A stretch of DNA of 63,999 nt, the filler included, from Folioceros fuciformis (taxonomy: Eukaryota), in assembly GCA_049999805.1 (NCBI GenBank). It is 10 parts of 10 records of this genome, joined end to end, with 100 filler letters (N's around TTAATTAATTAA, not from the genome) between each part and the next. Parts side by side here need not be neighbours in the genome. Positions count along the whole stretch, not along the records: positions 34,752 to 40,082 come from JBNGIO010001612.1; positions 40,183 to 45,935 come from JBNGIO010001613.1; positions 46,036 to 54,480 come from JBNGIO010001614.1; 7 more parts are not named here. One strand, given 5' to 3'. A program made the position numbers and the translations under genes. Below, piece after piece: positions 34,752 through 47,228 of this stretch. Numbering within the stretch: the first letter of the stretch is position 1; each line of letters begins with the position of its first letter. The notes under the pieces are model-generated. The model did not search any database. It saw only the letters and a program-made list of their open reading frames with translations, and was not told the origin of the DNA.

Positions 34752-36137
34752 TTGAAGGCCGTACCCAAACCTACTCGATCCAAGATCATTATCCAGCCCA
34801 TCATCAATGAGCAACAACGCCACATCACCTACGGAAAGCGCACTAAGGGTGCCCTGAAAAAGGCGATTGAGTTGAGTAAACTATGCGACTTGGAGTTATG
34901 TATGGTTTGTTACGGTACCGGTGTCCAAACTGAAAAGAATAAAAGTAATGTCAATATATTTTGGGGACACCCGAGTGTGGAGCATGTTCTTCACCGTTAC
35001 AAAGCGGTTTCCAACGAACAACAAAAGAAGAAGAAATTGGACGATATGGCATTCATGCAATCCATCATCGAGAAAATGAAACCAGACCTTAAGCAAGTAA
35101 GCTTATTTTACGTTATGTTATGTTTCTTTTTATTGTCCATGTACATGTGTTATGGCAATCAATTTGGCACTGCACATACAATGGATAATGGTTATGCATC
35201 ACAACACTATTACTTTATATTGTTTGTTCTTCAACCATGTTTTGGTGTGTGTTTCCTTCTCTCTTTTTTTAACTTAGGGATACGTTGTTTGTCTATTTTC
35301 CTTTAGTTGCAACACTCCAATAGTGAGACCCAAACAAGGATCAATGAAGCAAAATACAAGTGGAAGTCTGCTTTTCTAGCTCAAAGGAGTCCGATTGAGA
35401 TAAAGAACGCTATCCGTGAGACAGAGAAGAAAATGGAGATGGTGTCTACAAGGCTAGGCCAGCTGCGCATAGAGGATGCCAGCCGTGCTGGATCTCTAAC
35501 TCAGTTGATGTGCGGATGGGGACAAGACACGGCATATGACATACCTCAAAGTTACCCTCAAGTAGAACAAGCTGCGGGAATTCAACAATGGGGACAAGAC
35601 ATGGTGTATGACACACCTCAAAACTACCCTCAAGTACAACAACTTGAAGCTGCGGGAATTCAACAATGGGCACAAGACATGGTGTATGACACACCTCAAA
35701 ACTACCCTCAAGTAGAACAAGCTCCGAGAACTGAACAATGGGGACAAGGACAAGGTATGGCGTATGATATACCTCAAAATTGCCCTCAAGTAGAACAAGC
35801 TCCTAGAATTCAACCAGCTTTGGAAATTCAACAACAACAAGTTCATGGGGTTCAGCAAGTTCCCCATGTCAATGAATGGGACCCTATATCTTTTAGTAAC
35901 TTGGAGGATTTCATGATGAATATGGGTGAAGACCACCATCCACAACAACAACAACTTCACCAAGACAACAACTCGCAACCGCAACAGTTACTACATCATC
36001 AACAACATGAAGTTGATGAAGGACACATAATGCATCAACAAAGTTTGCATTTTCAATCTCAACCCAATTTGAAACGTGTTATGGAAGAAGAAATACAATC
36101 TCCTTCTAACCCCAAGCGTTCAAAATTAACCAAGTAA
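34752..36137 (+). CDS. Type I (SRF-like) MADS-box transcription factor with Gln-rich repeats; 5'-truncated; exons <34752-35096 and 35307-36137
   Basis: RSKIIIQPIINEQQRHITYGKRTKGALKKAIELSKLCDLELCMVCYG and WGHPSVEHVLHRYK; phase-0 GTAAG...TTTAG intron; no MIKC exon pattern. Confidence 0.87.
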
Positions 36138-37333
36138 TTCTCAAAATAGCATCTACATTGGAAAGAAACTCATGTGCTAACCATTTACGACACGTAATCT
36201 TAGATTATAGGACTACATAGACTAATTATAGGACTACATAGACTAATTAAATAGATATGAAAGAAGAATAAGTACATACGGGCTCTTGCTATTTACCCAT
36301 AAAGTTAAAAAAATAAAGAAAAATGTATTTTTTATGTCATGACGCAGAAAGTCTGTTAGAGTTTTGCATCTGTGAGAACTTTCTATGCAGGTTGCAACTG
36401 CGACAACTTTCTATGCAGGTTGCAACTGCGACAGCTGTTTGCTTGAGACAAATACGCTAGCATAAAGGGTAAATCCCTTACATTTTGACTAAAGAGATAG
36501 TTGGTAGGCAAAAGTTCTTGCAAAGGAACGATTGAAGAATCGGGTTTTTTATGGATAACAGTAGACAATTGGTAACGGTTTAGAAATGACCATTCAGGTC
36601 GTTAGTAATGGTGTGTTGTAGGTATATAGGGACGGAGAAAGAATGATCAAACATTCTTTTGATAGTTGGCTTAGAAAGCTTGATGAGTAGTGACGCACTT
36701 AGTGTTTTTTGCAATGAGCAATTGTAACCAAGCAGCTTGTAGCGAACTGAAAAATTGAATCAACGGTTCTGTTTTGTCAATCAGCGCTTGCACACGTTAG
36801 AGAATAGGAAAGTCTTGCAATGGCATGACACGGAGCATCATCGGACTCATATCTTAAAACTATTAAAAGAATGATTTTCTGCCTCCTTGGAACATGGCAC
36901 AAATGAGAGCAGTTTTGAGTAGAAGCATGTGTAGAGTCAGGTGCAAGAGGTGAGGTAGGGTGAAAGGTGCATCAGGGTCAAACAAGTACAAGTGTTATTA
37001 TGCTCCAAGAAAGAAGAACTTTGAGTAAATCAAAAAAGGGTGAAAGTTTGTAACACCTATGCTCAAGGGCAATTGCTAAGTGAGCTGTGAGGGTTTAGCC
37101 AAGTTGTAGGTGAGTTGAGGTGTGAGGAGTAGTCAAGATCTTGGAATTTGTTGCTGGAGTAGGGAGAGCTTAAGGCAGAGTGAGTGTAAGGAGCTGAACT
37201 AAGAAATTTTTAATTCTGAAAATTCGTTCTTTGAATTCGGCACCCATGGAGTGTCATAAGGGAGCAAGCTGTAGAGTGGCAAGGGTTTCTAGGAGAGCTT
37301 TGGCAAGAACGTAGAGCCAGGAGTTCGGCGAGG

Positions 37334-39081
37334 ATGGCAGGCAAGAAGAAGGAGCGGGTTGCGGTGTCAGAGGCTTCTAGGGCGCGGGCGAAGGGTCTGG
37401 TCAAAGACAGCATATTGAAACCGACCCTTTGGCTCACCAAGGTTCAACTGTGCGACAGCCCCAGGAGCTAGCGGAGGAGTTGGAAAGACTGACAGGCGGT
37501 CTTAACCCTCAGCTGGAGCGGCTCCGGGATGCTGTAGCCAACGTCTGTGGGTCGCCCGTTTTGCCTCCACCACCATGCTGTGAGCTGCCACCAGCGGGTA
37601 GCGTTGCTGATCAAGAGGAAGGCAAGGAGGATGGAAAAACGGTTGTGTCAAAGGTCGAGGTGAACAAGGCGTGGAGCGGCAAGGAGGCGAGCACGGTGGC
37701 AGCGGACGTGGCTGAAATTTCGGTTGAAGAGTTTGTGGAGGCAACGAGTGCGTTGGCAGCGAAGAAAGTCGCGGAGGCTGAAGGAAAAAGAAACGAGGCT
37801 AAGCTTTTGTCAGCGATTCAAGAGGGAGGTGAGGCGGTTGACGAAGGCAGCGCTAATCTGATTTTCAGAGTGTTGGGGAGGGAGCGTCCAAGACGCAGCC
37901 GTCTGTCCCAACAGTCGCATCAGCAGAGCGGGAAGAAGCGGGTGTTGAGAGTGGGAGAGCCAGTCCTCTGGCGGGTTTGTCTCTGGCGAGGTGCGAGAGG
38001 GAAGATGCTGAGAGTGGGAAGGCAGGCTCAGCGTTAGGCAGAGCCTCTGTGGAACGCCAAGAATTGAAGGAGAAGGGGGAGGCAGACAGAGACAACTATC
38101 GATAGCAAGAGAGGAGGTGAGGAGGAAAAGAAGGGCGGCGACAGGAGGGCATACAGGAGGGCAGCGACAGCTTTTGGCAGTTTTGGGTGCTGGAGCAGGT
38201 GCAACGTCGACGGATCAGTCAGAGGAGGTCGCCACGTTTGTGCCTAGGCCCAGGCGCGGATGGTTATTCACCTTCAGCTCTTCTTCCCAGGAAGAAAGCG
38301 GTTTAGGGAAGAAGGCGGGCAGCGAACCAGCAGCGGTTGAGAAACCGTTTGGTGAGAAAACAAAAGACCGAGTCGTGAGGGAAGAGGAGGAGGTGGAAAG
38401 CGAGGAGCAATGGGGAGAGTTGCCTGAGGCAGGTGCTGAGGGCTTGAAGGCGGGCGGCGAGTTACAATGGAATCTCGTAGAAGCTCATACGTTTTCCAGG
38501 GAAGAGTTGGTTCAGTTGCAATTAAGGTGGAGAGGAACGTAGACAGGTTGAAGGAAGAAATTGCGGTGCGAACTGCTGAGAGGGCAAAGCTTGCTGTCAT
38601 GTTGAAGAATCTACGAGCTGAAGAGGTGGAGCAGCGCCGTGCTCTGGAGGAAATAATTTCCACATAACTGCTGTGCGGAGAAGGGGCTACAGTTGTTTTT
38701 GGTACTCTGAAGGGGAAGCAGCTGGACGTGGCGTATCAAGTCCTGACGCGCCAGTACCACCAACTCAAGAAAGGTGAACAAGCGCAGTTTGAAGGTTGTC
38801 CTGGAAACAAACGAAAAGGCAGCGAAGGGCTAAGGAGTGTGGAGGATTACCATGAGCAGGATCCTCCCAAAAGGAGTTCTAACTACCAGGCAGGAAGAGG
38901 CAGGACTTATAGACAGGGTTTCACACGATGGAAGGTTGGTGAGGATGTCGTGATGGGAGATCTGCCAGTTAGGAGGTCCGATAGGCTAAATTTAGAGAAG
39001 CTGTCTTCTGGAATTGCTTTCGTTGGAACTGGCATAGGAGTGGTGAGCAGTGATAGTGAGGAGAATGCAGTAGTGAAATGA
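37334..39081 (+). pseudogene. Frameshifted charged/coiled-coil coding-like region, probably transposon-associated
   Basis: Purine-rich overlapping ORFs (37429-38037, 38117-38542, 38467-38667, 38728-39081) rich in E/K/R, starting near MAGKKKERV; no family motif recognised; flanked by tandem arrays. Confidence 0.35.
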
Positions 39082-39262
39082 CTTGGTTAAGTTGATACAT
39101 TTAGAACTGTTTTGAAGAGAGTGTGATAAGGAAGCAGTTTGTAATGAATTATGACTGAAGTCTGTTTGTAAAATTGTTAAAGGCTGATAAACGAGATTGT
39201 TGCTGGATGTTGGAAAGCAATTAAAATGTTAAAAATGTTGTGAGATAAGTGTGCGATGCAGG

Positions 39263-39451
39263 AGGAACTCAACAGGGTGAGGAGATTGAAGGAACTCAAC
39301 AGGGTGAGGAGATTGAAGGAACTCAACAGGGTGAGGAGATTGAAGGAACTCAACAGGGTGAGGAGATTGAAGGAACTCAACAGGGTGAGGAGATTGAAGG
39401 AACTCAACAGGGTGAGGAGATTGAAGGAACTCAACAGGGTGAGGAGATTGA
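39263..39451 (+). repeat. Perfect 27-bp tandem repeat x7
   Basis: AGGAACTCAACAGGGTGAGGAGATTGA repeated 7 times. Confidence 0.97.
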
Positions 39452-39905
39452 ACTAAAGAGAGCAGTTTGGAGAAAGTAGGGGAGAAAAAGGAGTTGGGCG
39501 AGCGAATTTCGAGGGAGGATCAAGAGCTTCGCAAGAAGGAGGAAGAGCAAAAGGAAAGAAGACAGCAAAGTTTGTGGGGCCTCATAGGGTGTTCACAACC
39601 AAGTAGTTGGAGTCAACGTGAGGCATTCTGTGATGATGTGATAGTGCTTGGGAGACAATTTCAGATGTGAAAAGTTTAGTGGTGTGCTTAGAAAGAAAAG
39701 AGAAGTAAACTTAGTGTGGAATGCCACCAGGTGTCCAATTTTTGAGCTAGTGTATTCCACACTGTATCCATGCTCGTTTGGATATAAACTAGTGTAAGAC
39801 TTGATTAGTTGTAAAAGTTATCACACTTTGGCGTGACAATTTTCATTTGAATTGGTGCTTAACTTTTAACATGAGGAGACCTATGATCAAAGGTGTCAGA
39901 GTGAC

Positions 39906-40082
39906 GCGGGCGATTGTTAAGCGAGCTGCGGGCGATTGTTAAGCGAGCTGCGGGCGATTGTTAAGCGAGCTGCGGGCGATTGTTAAGCGAGCTGCGGGCG
40001 ATTGTTAAGCGAGCTGCGGGCGATTGTTAAGCGAGCTGCGGGCGATTGTTAAGCGAGCTGCGGGCGATTGTTAAGCGAGCTG
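39906..40082 (+). repeat. Perfect 22-bp tandem repeat x8, running into the contig end
   Basis: GCGGGCGATTGTTAAGCGAGCT repeated 8 times. Confidence 0.97.
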
Positions 40083-40182
40083 NNNNNNNNNNNNNNNNNN
40101 NNNNNNNNNNNNNNNNNNNNNNNNNNTTAATTAATTAANNNNNNNNNNNNNNNNNNNNNNNNNNNNNNNNNNNNNNNNNNNN

Positions 40183-43100
40183 GCGCTATGCACCCGATTT
40201 GCTGTTGAGTGACAGTTTAGCGGTTATTTTCCCTGCCATCTGCGTGTCACACGAACACCCTTTCAGTTTTAGGGCACGTTTCTTTTTAGGTAGGTTTTCC
40301 TAATTAGATTTTAGGGCACCCTTTATGAGGGTATCTTAGACAGTTATTCTAGATATGAATCGACACATACATGTTTTCACATACCTTCCCTGTCAATTGA
40401 CATTAGCCACAATAGCTACGTAACTGTCTTGTAAACATCTCTCCCTTGTAGCAGTCCCTTGTCCTGCACCTGCCATGGCAACTCCTTCATTCACATCTGA
40501 CATAAAGGATAAAGACCGCTTCAATGGGACAAGATTTGATATTTGGAAGGTTCGCATGAAAACTACCTTGGTAGCTCGTGGTGTCTAGAGTGTTGTTGAT
40601 GGCTCCTACCCGGATCCTGGTGTACCTGGTGCGGCAGGAACTACTAGTGCAGGCTTCACTCAAGTTGACAAGGACAAGTGGGATGGCTTCAATTTCCATC
40701 GCCATTGCTCTCTTGGTCAACGGCTTGGACGCTGACCTTATTCCTCAGACTGAATACCTGGTGAAGGCTAAAGATATTTGGGATCAATTGACAAATACTT
40801 ACAAGGTTCAGAATATGATGACCCTCTGTCAAGTTCGCTTCGAGCTCTGCAGTTTGCAAATGAGAGATGGTGAGTCTGTCTCACATCATATCAGCAAATT
40901 TTGACGCTTGCAATCGCAACTCAATGTACTTGGGAGCACCATGACTGAAGCTGATGCAGTGGCACAATTTCTGGTCAGCCTCCCTGCAAGTTATCAGACC
41001 TTCGTCACCACTCAGAATATGCCTATTGCCCTTCCCGGCCAAGCTCTTCCCGCTGGTGCTCAACAACCTTCTCTGGAGCATGTGGTGGCAGCCCTCTACC
41101 AAGAAGAACAAACACGCCTTATGAGAGGGCAGCAGAAGCCAAACAAAACTGACAAGGTTTTCTTTACAACCAAAGGCAGAGGCAGAGGAAGAGGGCGGAA
41201 TCTGAATCAACGTGCTGTTCTCGGTTCCTATACACCTGGCAACACTGGTTCATCTTCCTCTGCTCCGAAACGATAAGGTACATGCAATTGGTGTGGTACT
41301 CCAGGACATTGGGCACGAGAATGCCGGAAAAAGAAAGCTGGGGTGCCTCAACGAGTTTCTTCTCGACCCTCTGCACATACAACCACACATCAAGTTAGTC
41401 AAGACAAACAGTCCTCAACAACATCCACAAATTCAGGCAAGCCAGTAGTGAAGATTCTTACTGTCTGTCTTAATAACACTTTGACGAGTGAGGTGGATTG
41501 GTGGTTTTTGGACTCAGGGGCAACAACCCATATCTGTCGGGATGCGTCTCTCTTCACTAGTTTAACACTCTCAGCAATCGCTGAAAAGGTATACTTAGGT
41601 GATGAGAGCATAGGGAGTAGTCTTCAGATCCTTGGTAGAGGAGTCTGCAAGTTTCCCTTACACGATGATAGCGTGTTAGTCCTCCCAGATGTCCTGTATG
41701 TACCAAAGATGGCTAAGAACTTGATGTCACTTAGCAAATTGATGAAAATGAAGGATCTAGTCCTTACCGTATCAGAAGACACTTGTTGTTTCTCTAGATG
41801 TAGTGCTCCAGCTATATGTATCTTCAAAGCTTTTGTAGATTCAGAATTATATCGTCTAGACATTTTCTGTCTCCGTCGACAGCAAGCATGTTCTACTACA
41901 GTTGGCAGCCTTACAGCTGTCCAGCAGGCCAAGCTGTGGCATGCACGCCTGGGCCATGCTAATAGAACTAAATTGATTGATACCTCTAAGCAGGATTGCT
42001 ATCGGGAGCCTCTCCCACGTTGTTTCAAGGAGTTGCCTATTTGTGAAGTTTGCACTCTTGCTAAACAATGGGAGACTCCTTTTCCACGAGCACCTGCACA
42101 CAGGACAACTTCAGTCCTCGACTTGGTGCACTCAGACATCTTTGGCAGGCTACAAACTCAATCATTAGGAGGCGAATCCTATTATCTGACGTTAACTGAC
42201 GACTATAGCCGGTATACGTGGACATACCCTATGCATCATAAGAGTGATACATTTCCTATCTTCAAGGATTGGTTGACCATGGTGCAGCGTCAAACCGGTT
42301 GTTTACTCAAGCTCTTCAGGACCGACAATGGTGGCGAATTTGTCAGTCATGCCTTCACGGAGTTCCTGACCAGCCAAGGGATTATTCATCAGCTCATTGT
42401 TCCATATACTCAGCAGCAAAATGGGGTGGCCGAGAGAAAGAATCAAACATTAATGGGCATGACGAGATCAATGCTCTTGTGGTCAAGATTACCTTCCCCA
42501 TATTGGGCAGAAGTAGTGGTGACAGCCACATCCGTCACAGTCTGTTCCAGATAGTACACCTTTCGAGAGATTCTGGAAGCGCAAACCAAGCATTCTTCAT
42601 CTTCGCGTTTTTGGCTCGAAAGCCTTTGCATACATACCTGTTGAGAAGAGGCGTAAACTCGACAATCGCTCAAAGGGGTTAGTATTTGTTGGCTACAGCA
42701 AAATTGCCAAAGGCTATAAACTTATTGATGTAGATACTTTACAGCCAACTGTAGCAAGGAGTGTTACTTTCCTAGAGACATTGGAGCCACCAGTCACAGG
42801 GGACAACATACTGGTTGAACGACATGAAGGCCCTTTGATGTTCACAGAGGAGCATTTTGACTACCCTGATGACGCTGATGGAGATACTGTCCCCGCTATT
42901 CCACCCTTGCCACCTGCACAGCCTGTTATGGTACCTGTACAACCCCAACAGCAGCCCCAGAATCCGCCAGTCCTGGCTCCTATCGAACCACCTGCCCCCA
43001 TTCCATTAGCAATCCCTGATCTTGAACCTCCAGCTGGTGACACACAAGTAGAAGTACCTGCTGCAGATCTTGTTCCACATCCAGAAAATCCAGATAGTCA

Positions 43101-45889
43101 GTCAGATACAGATTCCGAATCTGATCATTCTTCCCAAAATTCTGATTCTGCGGGTGAAGGAGAGCCATTACCTGTCCCAGCAGTTGATCCAGTTCAGCCT
43201 GTTCGTCGATCCACACGTGTTCATCGCCCCCCTTCTGAATGGACAGAACCTCATTATACTTCTATTGATTTTCGCAAGTCAGTGGGAGTCTGTACTCCCA
43301 CTATCCATTCTGTCTCCCTGCCTGTCATTCCTCCTGAACCTGTTACACTCAAGGAAGCTTTTTCAGGCCCAGACAAGGACAAATGGACATATGCTGTGCA
43401 TGATGAATACAATAGTTTAATTCAGAATGGCACCTGGAAGTTGGTTCCCCGTCCTGAAGGCCGTAGACCCATTACGTGTAAGTGGGTCTTTAAACACAAG
43501 CTCAACTCTAAGGGGGAGATTGCTAGATATAAGGCTCGCTTGTGTGCAAGGGGGTTCACCCAAATTCCAGGCCTCGACTTCCAGGAGACCTTCTCTCCCG
43601 TAGTCAGATCCCAGTCTATCCGTCTCATTCTTGCTTTAGCAACTGAACATGATCTGGAGCTTGAACAAATGGACGTCAAGACTGCATTCTTACATGGTGT
43701 TTTGGAGGAAGAGTTGTACATGGAGCTGCCCGAGGGCTACGAGGACCCTGCACATCCGGATTGGGTTTGCCAGTTAATCAAGTGCATTTATGGTTTGAAA
43801 CAATCAGCAGAACGCTAGAATGCTAGACTAGACACTTGCCTGCGTGCACTTGGCTTTCGCCAGAGTCCTGCTGACCCCTCAGTTTACATCTATGATGATG
43901 GCTCCTCTTATGTGCTGCTAGCTGTGTATGTGGACGATGCTATATTTGCAGCCAACGACAAACAATTGTTAGCCAAAGTTCAAGCCATGTTACGCAATGA
44001 ATTCGAGATGACTGATGTTGGTGAGCTGAAGTTTTGCCTTGGGATTCAAGTGCTGCGAGTGAGAGAGAAGGGCATGATTATTATACATCAACACAAATAT
44101 CTCTCTGAAATTCTGCAACGCTTCAACATGGATTCAGCTCACCCTGCTGCCACACCTGGAGCAACTGGTGTGCGACTTTCAAAACTGGACAGCCCTACCT
44201 CTGCCATGGACATTGCCGATATGCAGGATGTTCCTTACAGACATGCTGTGGGAAGCCTTCTTTTTGTGAGTAATTGGACATGTCTAGACATCACCTTTGC
44301 CGTGAATACTGCTTCCCAATTCTTGGATTGTCCAGGGAGAAATCACTGGACAGTGGTTAAACGTGTATTTCGCTACCTTAAAGGTACTCACTATTTGGGC
44401 TTATGCTACAAGCGAGGAGGCTCACATTCTACCTTGCGTGGTTTTGCTGATGCTGACTGGGCCTCTGATGGCGATTCTCACAAGAGTCTTTCGACTTATG
44501 CCTTTCTTCTATCCTCTGCTGCTGTTAATTGGAGCTGTAAAAAACAACCAAGTATAGCTTTATCTAGCACAGAGGTGGAATATAAGTGCTTGACTGATGC
44601 GGCCAAAGAGGTGGAGTGGGAGAGAGCTTTCCTGGCTTCAGTACACGCAAAACAGCCAGAACCTACCATCCTTTTTTGCGACAATCAGTTTGCTCTTGCT
44701 CTTGTTGAACGCCCTCGCTTCCACGCCCGTACTAAGCACATCGAGATTCAGCATCATTATGTTAGAGATGTGAAATCCAGAGGTATTGTTTTGCCTACCT
44801 ATATACACACAGACTCCAATGTTGCTGACATTCTCACAAAACCCTTGCCCAAACACAAGCATCAGGCACACGTAGAAGGCCTGGGCCTTGTGGATTTCTC
44901 ACAGTACTTTATTGCATAACTTAGGCTTACATGCGTGGCAGTCCTAGCGTACCTCCAACATCCCTAGTGGTCTTGCCTCATGTTTCCTACTGTCTGTATA
45001 CCTACACACACAAGCAGGCAGACATGTATTTTAGCTTTGTCTTTCAGCTTGGTCTGTTCCCCTGCATACTCTGTATGGCTTCAGTGGGAGCCGGCAAAGT
45101 TAGACCAGCTGTCCATTTTCCCTGTGTTTAGAGGATGAAGCCCCACGTCTATCCAAGCCTAGCACATGGAAACATAAGAATAAGTCGACAATGTTACCTC
45201 TAGAGTTGCGCGCTGCCTCCATCTTTTAGCGTGTACAATCCCTGTGCAGCTAGCTCCGTCAGCAGATCCCGATACTCATCCGCCGTTAGCTCCCTGTCGT
45301 CCTCTCTCATTTCCACGCCTGCTTCGGCCTGTTCTTTCAGCTGGGTTGTTCGAGCCTTGTGATCCTTCTTCCTGGCCTCGAGTCTTGCCTCCCTTCGGTC
45401 GCTTCTGGCTGGATAGCCCCATGCTCACAGACCTGACCTTCTTGAGGACAAGCTCAAGCTGTATGACTGATGGTGCAATGAGGAAGACGAGGAGAGCGAT
45501 TTCCAGCAGCAACAGACAGAGCGCGAACCATGGAACGAAACCGTCCATCCTGTTGGCGCTTACTCCAAGGTGCAGGAATCCGAAGCGTCGTGCCAGCTAG
45601 GGTTTACTGGATAAGTTTCAATTAGCTTTCTACTTTAACCCGTCGAGGTTAAGTGGGAGTGTTAAATAAGTAACCATATAGGGTTAAATATCTCTAGCAA
45701 TCTGGGTTAAATGCGTTGTACTATAAATACCTTTTTGTTCTTCATGTTTACTCTCCTTTTAATAATTCATTTCTTCTATTCTACCTATCCATTAGCCTAC
45801 ATTACTAGCAAGCAACCGATGCTCTGCGGATCGGATCACATAATCAGCTTATTAGTTAATTAAATACCCTGAAATACATATAAGTAACA
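40183..45889 (+). mobile_element. Near full-length Ty1/copia element: gag-pol 40475-44919 with several stops/frameshifts, 3' extension, PPT 45651-45659, 3' LTR from 45660
   Basis: DRFNGTRFDIWK gag; CNWCGTPGHWAREC zinc knuckle; WFLDSGATTH protease; LWHARLGH and DNGGEF integrase; MDVKTAFLHG and VYVDD RT; ADADWA...RTKHIEIQHHYVRD RNase H; AAGTGGGAG then TGTTAAA. LTR end at ...TAACA 45889 is tentative. Confidence 0.95.
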
Positions 45890-46830
45890 ATGCTGGTTTG
45901 AGTGCCAAGCAAGTAAGCTCCATGCAGAGGCATGTNNNNNNNNNNNNNNNNNNNNNNNNNNNNNNNNNNNNNNNNNNNNTTAATTAATTAANNNNNNNNN
46001 NNNNNNNNNNNNNNNNNNNNNNNNNNNNNNNNNNNCTGACACCATGTTCCGTCCAGGACACTGGCCTGGCCGCGTCTCTGCCACTGTTTACATAGTCGAG
46101 GGAACTGTTACTGTTTTATTATACAGTATGTACAATGCAGTATGTGAGTGTAAGAAGGGGAGTGTGGGGTCACGATCGCCCATGTGCTGCCATGCCCTCC
46201 CCCGGACCACACCGGGCCTGGCCTGGGGCTGCTTAATCCCTGTTGGGAGGCAGGGTTAGCGTGCCCTAATCATGTCGGAGAGGAAAGGACGGAAAAGAAA
46301 GGAAAAGAAAGCGGGCAGGCCGGGCCGGGGATTTGGGCACTCATTGTGACCAGGGTCCAGGACAAGGAAAAGCGGGTGTCCTGCAGCCGGTAACAAATGT
46401 ACAGAGAGAAAGAGAAAGAGGCAAGAGAGATGATGTCAGAGCCGGACGACTCGGAGCGTGCGGAGTGCGCCATCACGACTTGGAAGTTGGACTCACTGCG
46501 GCTGCTGCAAACTGCAGGCCGCGAGCTGCGAGTGACGAGAAGGGGTGGGTGGAGCGATGGACTGGAATGTTTGCTGCAATCGCTGATTCTCCTCTCTTCT
46601 ATTCCACTTCCAGTACATTGTCTCGGGCGACATTGCCATGGAAAGATGGGGGAAAGAAATGGCACGCGATTACCGCGCCCAGCACCCGGGGCGGTAGCAT
46701 GGCTGGGCTGTTAATAAGCTCAGTGCTGCTGCTGGAGCTGGTGAGAGCGTGGTCTTGATCTCGAATAGACCTTGCTTGCCCTGCTACCCAGGCACGTGCA
46801 GCCATCTTCCGCTTGCCCTTGCATCTGCTC

Positions 46831-46893
46831 GCCTCTGCCTCTGCCTCTGCCTCTGCCTCTGCCTCTGCCTCTGCCTCTGCCTCTGCCTCTGCC
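46831..46893 (+). repeat. (GCCTCT)10 microsatellite upstream of the pectate lyase gene
   Basis: Ten perfect hexamers; a TATATAA lies at ~46960. Confidence 0.95.
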
Positions 46894-47228
46894 CGGTTTC
46901 CTACCGCAATTCTGTCCTCTCTTACCACCCTTTTCTTCTCCCGGTCTGCCTCCTGGGTGTATATAAGCTCGGGCTGGTGCGAGTCCTTGACAAGCAGTGC
47001 AGCAGCACCGGCCTCCTCCTCGTCGTCCACCTCGTTCCCTCTTCCTCTGCTTTTGTTCGCCCTGCCTCCTTCTGCTGCGTGCCTGTTGCGCTGTGTGGGC
47101 ACAGCTCTTGCTCGCTGTCCTGCAATTCCTGTTCTGCTGCAGTAGCGTTGGAGCCTTCCCCCGCCTGCTGCTGCTGGCCAGCATCCCGCCCGCACGCAGC
47201 ATTATTGTAGCTCCACCACCTTCTTGCA

